Made by a program: the position numbers and the translations under genes
The notes under the pieces: generated by a model
What the model was told of the DNA's origin: nothing
What the model saw: the letters and a program-made list of their open reading frames with translations, nothing else
The model's database searches: none
NCBI RefSeq assembly: GCF_003231495.1
Contig: NZ_PQWO01000048.1
Coordinates: forward strand, 1 to 11,615
Direction: 5' to 3'
DNA: 11,615 nt
Source: Acaryochloris thomasi RCC1774
GTDB lineage: Bacteria > Cyanobacteriota > Cyanobacteriia > Thermosynechococcales > Thermosynechococcaceae
Shown here: one piece after another, positions 5,791 to 11,546 of the stretch
How the letters are laid out: each line of letters starts with the position of its first letter
Position numbering within the stretch: position 1 is the first letter of the stretch

Positions 5791-5811
5791 AGTCAGAACT
5801 AGATTCTGACT
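5791..5811. repeat. Inverted repeat AGTCAGAA-ctaga-TTCTGACT
   Basis: An 8-bp perfect stem with a 5-nt loop, 41 nt upstream of the 189-aa ORF start. Could be an operator or a small terminator after the GNAT relic. Confidence 0.5.
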
Positions 5812-5852
5812 ACAAACCTTCTAAAAATCAAGATTTACTCGCTTACAGCTTT

Positions 5853-6422
5853 ATGACGACAAGATTTGACATACAAATCCAGCTTCACTTTGAAGGCAAG
5901 GATGGACTTACTTACTCTAAAGAAGTAATAAGGCTGTTAGATGTGATCGAAACAGCCACCTACGGCTCAGATCGCGAAGATGTAATTCGAGCCTCAAATG
6001 TACTGGATATCAACCCAGTAATAAGAGATGCATGCCTTGAACGCTTACGTCATTACCGTCACAAACGTTTTTTACTAGAGGAAGCACGTCCAGGATCACT
6101 AGCACTTGTAGGTCTAGTTGCTGGAGTCGGGTTGTATGTTTTTAAGAAAACCATCATGGAATCATTCACAGAAGGCTTTAAAGATAGTCGAACAAATAAA
6201 CTGTTAAAAGAGACCTTTCGAGACCTTGTTGACGAAAAATGCTTAAAGATAGCTGAAAATATACGAAAACAACTTATTATTCGTCAAATTTCGGCTGAGT
6301 TGACTTCATTGCCGCCAAGCAATGATAATTCACCTCAAATTATTATAGTTAATATAACCCCTCCTCCAACTAAGTCTACAAAATGGGAGGAGATTATAAA
6401 CCTTGGAAATATGCTGGAATAG
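5853..6422 (+). CDS. Hypothetical 189-aa single-pass membrane protein (AT-rich gene)
   Basis: ATG start, no clear SD. One hydrophobic segment (GSLALVGLVAGVGLYVF) lies between an ~85-aa N-terminal domain and a charged helical C-terminal region that ends in a Pro-rich stretch (PPSNDNSPQIIIVNITPPPTK). No family recognised. 20/60 GC in line 6301-6360. Confidence 0.5.
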   Translation: MTTRFDIQIQLHFEGKDGLTYSKEVIRLLDVIETATYGSDREDVIRASNVLDINPVIRDACLERLRHYRHKRFLLEEARPGSLALVGLVAGVGLYVFKKTIMESFTEGFKDSRTNKLLKETFRDLVDEKCLKIAENIRKQLIIRQISAELTSLPPSNDNSPQIIIVNITPPPTKSTKWEEIINLGNMLE

Positions 6423-6611
6423 TTATACGCTATATTTATGCGTTTATGCGTTTTTATAGGCACTAATTGCCGACTAGAGATTGATGGGTCGGGCCAAATC
6501 AATTTATCAGGTTTGGTTCGACCCAATACGAACAAATAACTAAACATAACTTTCTGAACAGCAGCGGCCCTGCAATAGAACACCAGAATAAACTGGTACT
6601 AAAGGAACAGC

Positions 6612-6644
6612 AAGATACCTTATTTCAGGGAAATAAGGTATCTT
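6612..6644. repeat. Perfect hairpin: 15-bp stem, 3-nt loop
   Basis: AAGATACCTTATTTC agg GAAATAAGGTATCTT. It sits at the right edge of the AT-rich DNA, about 190 nt after the 189-aa ORF stop. No flanking T-run on either strand. Confidence 0.85.
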
Positions 6645-6929
6645 CCAACATCATGATTCGCTTCGCCACCGTGCAATTGGGTGCGGCTACTCTCAACAAA
6701 AGCAAACCCCAATCAACCGCAGCCCCTCTCCCGTCCAACAGCCGAATACGGTAGCGACTCTCCAGCCCATCAAGAGCTTTCGCGGCATATCCTCTGCGCT
6801 GCTACGGTATTCCGCGTCTCTTGATTCGATCACAGGTGCTGCATTCAGGAAGGGTGAGATCGCAACGTAGAGAAATACGACGGGTACAACATTGCTCTTC
6901 ACTCAGGCTTGTAGACGAAACAGGTTTAC

Positions 6930-6935
6930 TACAAT
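6930..6935 (+). promoter_or_regulatory. Candidate -10 hexamer TACAAT for the truncated membrane-protein gene
   Basis: TACAAT lies 35 nt upstream of ATG 6971. TTGTAG lies 15 nt further upstream as a weak -35. Confidence 0.3.
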
Positions 6936-6970
6936 GACCAAAGGGAAAAAACACACTGGATGAAATAGCC

Positions 6971-7168
6971 ATGAACAATCAGGATAAATTTATCTGCACT
7001 ATTTATGGCTTGGTTGCAGTGATTGCACTCCCTGCAACGTGGATTAACAATATTGCCTTCATGAATCAAGCAGAGCAGGCCGGATTCTCAATCGGAGAGT
7101 TTGCTCATGCAGCTTATGGGCCTAAAACGACCGAAGCTGCGATATGGGGCAATTTAGTACAAATCTAG
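6971..7168 (+). pseudogene. 5' part of a small membrane-protein gene, apparently cut by the Tn3-family transposon end
   Basis: 65-aa ORF with hydrophobic segment FICTIYGLVAVIALPATWINNIAF. Its last ~7 codons (..WGNLVQI*) are read from the inferred transposon terminal repeat that starts GGGG at 7146. The N-terminus loosely resembles DUF2834-type small membrane proteins (low certainty). Confidence 0.35.
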
Positions 7169-7183
7169 TACAGTGCAGTGCAT
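7146..7183. repeat. Putative 38-bp Tn3-family terminal inverted repeat
   Basis: GGGGCAATTTAGTACAAATCTAGTACAGTGCAGTGCAT begins with the GGGG typical of Tn3-family ends and lies immediately outside the tnpA stop (7195-7197), the usual geometry. It contains internal direct repeats TAGTACA x2 and CAGTG x2. No partner IR lies in the window, so the length and the call are inferred. Confidence 0.4.
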
Positions 7184-7194
7184 CAGGATTAGCC

Positions 7195-8732
7195 TCAAGC
7201 CATATCGAGAGCAATGCGCTTTGTGAGATCAAGATTGAACCATCCATAGGGCGTCACATGATTCCAGATCAGGGGTGACAACGCCCTCAAGTCCTCTATC
7301 TGCATTCTCTTCATCCATTGTGGTTCCTTCAACACATTCTGAATCATGAGCGTATTGATATAAATCATGCTGACCTGCAGCAGGTGCAAGGCCAGTGCAG
7401 AAAGTTCTTGATTCTCCCGCTTGTTCGTCGCAAACTCTCCCCCACGACCAAAGTAAATAAAGTCATTGGCCCCATTCCATCGTTCCACCACATTGAGACC
7501 CTCATTGATTTCAATCCTGAGTGCTTCAGACGATAGATACCGACACAGGAAAATGGTTTTGACCGCTTTGCCTATCTCCAACAAAGCCTTATGTGTCGGA
7601 TGCTGAATCTCTGTTTTGCCAAAGCGTCTGAAAATATCTTCAGCTTCAGCCGTTCCTAAGCGCAATGCCGTCGCGTACTTGATGGCTTGGTCATACTGCT
7701 GCGTCACCTGCTCCCAGTCAATCGCCTTCGATAAGATCAACTTGAGATTAGAATAGTCTCCTTTCGTCCCTGCCTCCGGCAACGAGAGCTTTTGAGCACC
7801 AATACGTTTGAACCTTGGCATTAACTGAAACCCTAGAAGATGGCAAAAGGCAAAGCCAAGCTCACTCTGGCCGTGGGTATCAACGTAGTTCTTCTCCAGC
7901 TTTAGATCCGTATTGTGTCGCAACAGCCCCGTGAGCATTGATGAGACCTCAGAAGAGGAGCAGGTTTTCAGTTGCGAGTAGACACATAACGATTTCTTCT
8001 CAACATGCCAGTAGATCATTACCCCCCTGCCCCCATAACGGCTGTGCCATTCCGTCATTAGATTCTGGTCCCAAGCGCCAAACTTTTTAGAGTCAGAGGC
8101 ACAGGCCGTTGTTGCCTCTCCCCAGAGATTTTCCATCCGAACCTTGAGCGTGGCATTGACCACTTCAGCAATGGCATTGCGAAGATGCTCCCGATGCAAG
8201 AATTGCCGTTTAACGTAGAGCAAATTGGGGTAGGTTTCATCGGTAATCCCAGCACAGACTCGCTTGAGACCCATGTTGGTCCCTAGGCCAAACAGAGAAA
8301 GCAATAGCCGCCTTTGAAGCGTGGGACCGTTGAGCTGCTGGCGCGAAGCTGCAGTATGAAACTGATCAGTGAAATTGACTCGCAAGTCCGTTTCCTTGAG
8401 GATGTCCAACAAGCTGGTCATCGGCCAGCGTTTCGCCACTTCCTGCTTGAGCTTGTGGATGTTACGGGGTTCGTCTTGAGCCTGAAAGGGAGTGACGCTA
8501 ATCCAACCATTATCTCGGGGCAGAATGTTGACTAGTGGATCATTGGGAATGCTTGTATTCAGGAAAGCTAGCGCTTCCGTCATCTCCTGTTTTAGCTTAT
8601 TGACAAAGGTTTCAGCATCTAGCGGTTGATTAAGTTCTAAGTAGTACTGCTCTCGTTGAACTTCAAAGTCCTGGGGCAGATCAGTGTCTGGATTCCCATA
8701 GCGTTTGGCACCCATCACCCACACTTCACGAC
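7195..8732 (-). pseudogene. tnpA: Tn3-family transposase (DDE_Tnp_Tn3), C-terminal ~510 residues only
   Basis: ...RYGNPDTDLPQDFEVQREQYY...ASDSKKFGAWDQNLMTEWHSRYGGRGVMIYWHVEKKSLCVYSQL...SSEVSSMLTGLLRHNTDLKLEKNYVDTHGQSELGFAFCHLLGFQLMPRFKRI...LSPLIWNHVTPYGWFNLD matches the catalytic half of ~1000-aa Tn3-family transposases. The frame runs open into the IS3 IRL at 8733. The N-terminal DNA-binding half is absent from the window. Confidence 0.9.
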
Positions 8733-8757
8733 TGACCTTGTCTCGAAAAAGTGGACA
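8733..8757. repeat. IS3-family terminal inverted repeat (orfB-proximal end)
   Basis: TGACCTTGTCTCGAAAAAGTGGACA is the exact reverse complement of 9983-10007. Confidence 0.9.
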
Positions 8758-8763
8758 ACAAAC

Positions 8764-9639
8764 TTAGAGCGGAATGGGTTGCTCTAGCTTGCCCCAATAA
8801 AGCTCTTCAAATTGGACAGGTGTAAAATACCCAATAGTCGAATGAATTCGCTGTCGGTTATAAAACACTTCAATCCACTCAGCAATGACCGTTTTGGCCT
8901 TCGCTCTGGTGTCGAAAATCATGGGGTGAATGAGTTCAGTTTTGAGTGTACCAAAGAAGCTTTCAGCAACCGCGTTATCCCAACAATTGGCCCGACGACT
9001 CATGCTGCAAGTGATATCCGAACGCTCCAGTTCAGCCCGATAATCAGTACTGGCATATTGAGAGCCACGGTCGGAATGAAAGACGAGTCCATTGGAGGCT
9101 GGTATACGGTGCCCTAATGCAGCTTCTAAGGCCGTAGAAACCAACGCTGTCCGCATGTGCTCAGCCATAGACCAGCCCACAACTCTTCTCGAGAACAGAT
9201 CAATAATGACGGCCAAGTATAACCAGCCTTCTGCTGTTGCGATGTAAGTCAGATCAGCAACCCAAGCACGGTCAGGTTCAGTGGTCGTGAAGTCCCGATT
9301 GAGAACATTCTCGGCGACTGAGTAGGCATGGTCAGAGTCCGTTGTTGTAACCTTGAACTGGCGCTTACGACGAGCACTGATACCGAGCTTTGCCATTAAT
9401 CGCCTCACCCGTTGACGACCCACTCGAAAACCTTTGGCAATCAATGCAGCATGGATTCTCGGTGAACCATAGGTGTGACGAGAGTCTTGATGAATTTGTT
9501 GAATCTGCTCAGACAAGATTTCGTTCTCCTGCTGTCTAGGGGACGTTTTGCGATGGACCCAGGCGTAGTAAGCACTCCGAGAAAGGTGGAGCACCTTACA
9601 CATCAAGGTAATGGGATAGTTGACCTTCTCTGCATCCAT
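8764..9639 (-). CDS. IS3-family transposase OrfB (rve integrase-core, DDE)
   Basis: 291 aa. ...WVADLTYIATAEGWLYLAVIIDLFSRRVVGWSM...FHSDRGSQYAS..Y...L....I..SMSRRANCWDNAVAESFFGTLKTE... is the classic IS3 DD(35)E region. Its ATG overlaps the orfA stop (TAATG). Probably expressed mainly as an OrfAB fusion. Confidence 0.9.
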   Translation of the reverse strand: MDAEKVNYPITLMCKVLHLSRSAYYAWVHRKTSPRQQENEILSEQIQQIHQDSRHTYGSPRIHAALIAKGFRVGRQRVRRLMAKLGISARRKRQFKVTTTDSDHAYSVAENVLNRDFTTTEPDRAWVADLTYIATAEGWLYLAVIIDLFSRRVVGWSMAEHMRTALVSTALEAALGHRIPASNGLVFHSDRGSQYASTDYRAELERSDITCSMSRRANCWDNAVAESFFGTLKTELIHPMIFDTRAKAKTVIAEWIEVFYNRQRIHSTIGYFTPVQFEELYWGKLEQPIPL

Positions 9640-9947
9640 TAGCTCATAGGGTCCCCAGTCTCTCTGGCAAAGAAGGTCGCGGCCTTTTTTAAAAAATCTC
9701 GCTCCATCTCAACACGTTTGAGATCACGGCGCAAGGACACCAGCTCTTGACGCTCAGAAGAGGTGAGAGGTCCTTTCGGATCTCCCTGGCGATCTATCCT
9801 TGCTTGTCTCATCCAGGTATGAATAGTGCTCACACCGATTCCGAGTTCCTTGGCAATTTGGTTGATAGGTTTGTCAGCCTGCTCAACAATAAGGAGTACC
9901 TCGGCTTTTTGCTCGGCGGTGAATAGTCTGCGTTTCTTTTGTGTCAT
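9639..9947 (-). CDS. IS3-family transposase OrfA (HTH)
   Basis: 102 aa. MTQKKRRLFTAEQKAEVLLIVEQADKPINQIAKELGIGVSTIHTWMRQ... followed by the leucine-zipper-like region ...ELVSLRRDLKRVEMERDFLKKAATFFARE, typical of IS3 OrfA. Confidence 0.9.
   Translation of the reverse strand: MTQKKRRLFTAEQKAEVLLIVEQADKPINQIAKELGIGVSTIHTWMRQARIDRQGDPKGPLTSSERQELVSLRRDLKRVEMERDFLKKAATFFARETGDPMS
9684..9690 (-). other. Programmed -1 ribosomal frameshift heptamer A AAA AAG
   Basis: On the minus strand, orfA codons 86-88 read TTA AAA AAG (L K K). I translated the -1 frame from here and it is open (KKGRDLLCQRDWGPYEL-MDAEK...) straight into orfB. Confidence 0.75.
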
Positions 9948-9982
9948 GTGAACAGTCTCCTAGATCATTGACTTGATTGGAG

Positions 9983-10007
9983 TGTCCACTTTTTCGAGAC
10001 AAGGTCA
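9983..10007. repeat. IS3-family terminal inverted repeat (orfA-proximal end)
   Basis: TGTCCACTTTTTCGAGACAAGGTCA is the exact reverse complement of 8733-8757. Confidence 0.9.
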
Positions 10008-10115
10008 CCTCCCCCTATTGCTGTCATACAAATTCAGCGCACAACCGGACGATCAATCTGAATCGCCAGCAATAACCAATCTGCGAACACTAAACGAATG
10101 GGTTGAGGCCATAAC

Positions 10116-10131
10116 TTGGCAACGTTGCCAA
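10116..10131. promoter_or_regulatory. 16-bp perfect palindrome, candidate operator of the toxin-antitoxin operon
   Basis: TTGGCAACGTTGCCAA ends 48 nt upstream of the toxin ATG. It contains a TTGCCA that could double as a -35-like element. Confidence 0.4.
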
Positions 10132-10179
10132 CAAGCAAAACAACTTCACAGACAGTAACTTTAATGTCACCATAGGACT

Positions 10180-10554
10180 ATGATTGAACTCCGCGAATAC
10201 GTTCGACCAGATGGGTCTAGCCCCTACCGAAAGTGGCTCAGCAAGATTGATGCTCCGATGGCAATCAAGGTGACGGCGGCGCAAGCGAGGTTAGAGCTAG
10301 GCAATCTCTCGAACATCAAGTGGTTTGATGGGATTGGCGAGTATCGGATTAACTGGGGACCAGGGGTTCGTATCTACCTTGCTCAAGATGGCAAGCAACT
10401 CATCATCCTGTTCGGAGGGGGGACCAAAAAAACTCAAGCTGCCGATATTAAGAGAGCGAAGGTCTTGCTCGATGAATATAAAACTCGGAAAAAGGAACGA
10501 AAGCCAGAACCTGAGACTCAACAACCGAAAGCCAAAAAGCGAAAGAAGAGGTAA
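10180..10554 (+). CDS. Type II toxin, RelE/ParE superfamily (addiction-module killer, Gp49/HigB-2-like branch), with a basic C-terminal tail
   Basis: 124 aa. MIELREYVRPDGSSPYRKWLSKIDAPMAIKVTAAQARLELGNLSNIKWFDGIGEYRINWGPGVRIYLAQDGKQLIILFGGGTKKTQAADIKRAKVLLDEY follows the pattern of this toxin family (f..W...L......a.i..ri.rl..GN.gd.k.vg.gv.ElRi..GPGyRvYf...g..iilLl.GG.K.tQ..DI..Ak). The last 24 residues are an extra Lys/Arg-rich tail. Confidence 0.85.
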   Translation: MIELREYVRPDGSSPYRKWLSKIDAPMAIKVTAAQARLELGNLSNIKWFDGIGEYRINWGPGVRIYLAQDGKQLIILFGGGTKKTQAADIKRAKVLLDEYKTRKKERKPEPETQQPKAKKRKKR

Positions 10555-10558
10555 TGCA

Positions 10559-10882
10559 ATGACTCTAACTAGAGATGTAAAACTGACGGTCAAAGAAAGA
10601 ATTAATCGAGACCCTGAATTCGCTGTGGGTTTACTCAATGAGGCCATCTCATTGTTCATCAATGGGGAGCCTGACACAGCCAGACTCATGCTCAGAGATC
10701 TTGTGAATGCGACCGTTGGATTCGAGGAGTTAGCAACCAAGATTAATAAGCCCAGCAAAAGCTTGCACCGGATGCTCTCAGAGCGAGGCAACCCGACAAT
10801 GGAGAACCTAACAGCGATTTTCAATGCGCTCCGACAAGAGCTGAGTGTTGAACTCACAGTTCAAGCGGTTGCTTGTGCTTAA
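10559..10882 (+). CDS. Cognate antidote protein (HTH antitoxin partnering the killer-protein family)
   Basis: The ATG lies 4 nt after the toxin stop. The ORF-track extension back to 10325 overlaps the toxin and is rejected. 107 aa. ...RDPEFAVGLLNEAISLFINGEPDTARLMLRDLVNATVGFEELATKINKPSKSLHRMLSERGNPTMENLTAIFNALRQEL matches the usual antidote layout (...a.yL.eal...d......aL.dia.A.G...la...g.sr..LyraLs..GNP.....l.il.aLg..l). Confidence 0.8.
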   Translation: MTLTRDVKLTVKERINRDPEFAVGLLNEAISLFINGEPDTARLMLRDLVNATVGFEELATKINKPSKSLHRMLSERGNPTMENLTAIFNALRQELSVELTVQAVACA

Positions 10883-10919
10883 GCAGTTCTTAATTGTTGG
10901 ACAACGAGGATTATCACTA

Positions 10920-11225
10920 ATGCTGATGCATAGTCCACCCCATCCAGGGGAGTCGCTTCAAGAAATCTATATGGAACCCTATGGCCTCAGTGTTCGTGAT
11001 ATTGCAAAGGTGCTGGGTGTCTCCCACTCCACGGTGGCACGGCTAGTCAGCCAGCAGTCTGCAGTTACTCCAGACATGGCAATTCGGCTAGAGAAAGGCA
11101 TTGGCATGACGGCGGGAGCTTGGCTCGGAATGCAGCAGGACCATGACCTGTGGTTAGCACTGCAGAACGACTGCCATGAAGACATTCAGATGATTAATTT
11201 TGAGCAACTGGCTAGCGCTGGATAA
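10920..11225 (+). CDS. higA: HigA-family antitoxin-type HTH (XRE) protein with no adjacent HigB
   Basis: The start is taken at ATG 10920 (MLMHSPPHPGE...); the ORF-track start at 10845 adds an implausible hydrophobic extension. HPGESLQEIYMEPYGLSVRDIAKVLGVSHSTVARLVSQQSAVTPDMAIRLEKGIGMTAGAWLGMQQDHDLW is a near-textbook HigA signature (HPGE.L.E..lePlGlS...lA..LgVs...vs.l.ng...itpdmAlRL.k.fG.s...Wl.lQ..yDLw). Confidence 0.85.
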   Translation: MLMHSPPHPGESLQEIYMEPYGLSVRDIAKVLGVSHSTVARLVSQQSAVTPDMAIRLEKGIGMTAGAWLGMQQDHDLWLALQNDCHEDIQMINFEQLASAG

Positions 11226-11249
11226 GGGGCCATGCTGCCATCAATCCGC

Positions 11250-11546
11250 TTACCTTTGAGAAAGTGTCTGTCGCTCATATTCCCATCGGTATTCCTGTGC
11301 GCCGGATTCTCGCTGCAGCTCAAATGGCAGCCTGTAGAGCCAACTACCAGGATTATCGGGAGACTGCTTAAGATTCCCGAGGCACATCTCACGAAGCATC
11401 CACGAATAGACCAGACGTTCATCGCCAATCAAAAGATCAAGTGGCGGCGTACACAGCAGCTCCGAAGACCAACGCCCTGCAGTAGAGGCAGGGCGATCAA
11501 TACCCCATCGGAATAGGTTAGCGGCTAGAAGGTCTGGGTTAAGCAA
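11250..11546 (-). pseudogene. Possible decayed C-terminal fragment of an IS4/IS701-like DDE transposase (very tentative)
   Basis: ELLCTPPLDLLIGDERLVYSWMLREMCLGNLKQ loosely resembles the LLTNLP.d....e.i..lY..RW.IE..F..LKq block near the C-terminus of many DDE transposases. It starts at a TTG with an in-frame stop just upstream. A plus-strand ORF (11232-11516) is its exact codon-for-codon mirror, so one of the two is a shadow. G at codon position 1 is higher for the minus ORF: 24/94 versus 13/94 by my count. Confidence 0.2.

Larger units (their letters stand above)
7146..8732 (-). mobile_element. Tn3-family transposon remnant (one terminal repeat plus the 3' half of tnpA)
   Basis: Bounded on the left by a GGGG-initiated terminal repeat that ends 11 nt from the tnpA stop. 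Bounded on the right by the IS3-family IRL at 8733. Confidence 0.6.
8733..10007 (-). mobile_element. Complete IS3-family insertion sequence, 1275 bp
   Basis: Perfect 25-bp terminal inverted repeats (TG...CA ends), orfA plus orfB in the -1 frame, and a canonical slippery heptamer. The size is typical for the IS3 family. Confidence 0.9.

Noticed and set aside
4685-6650. Integron-like cassette array, suggested by the alternating AT-rich ORFs and GC-normal spacers
   Set aside because: I looked for attC-type core sites (GTTRRRY with an inverse core RYYYAAC) in the spacers and found none. No integrase gene is present.
6335-6902. Minus-strand ORFs 6335-6583 (82 aa) and 6693-6902 (69 aa), and a plus-strand ATG ORF at 6653-6754 (MIRFATVQL..., vaguely like a C-N hydrolase start)
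   Set aside because: No RBS, no family-level similarity beyond a few residues. One overlaps the 3' end of the 189-aa gene. Too short and weak to call.
7157-7172. AGTACAAATCTAGTAC within the Tn3-type IR, as a possible cyanobacterial LexA box (RGTACNNNDGTWCB)
   Set aside because: It fails the consensus at the conserved G of the second half-site. The internal repeats of the transposon end explain it better.
10325-10558. Upstream extension of the antidote ORF (ORF track 10325-10882), and likewise 10845-10919 for higA
   Set aside because: The extensions overlap the preceding gene or add non-family sequence. Family-typical N-termini begin at ATG 10559 and ATG 10920.
10297-10857. 186-aa minus-strand ORF spanning the toxin and antidote genes
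   Set aside because: Its composition is Ser/Leu-rich low complexity, and both sense-strand genes have strong family signatures. Shadow ORF.
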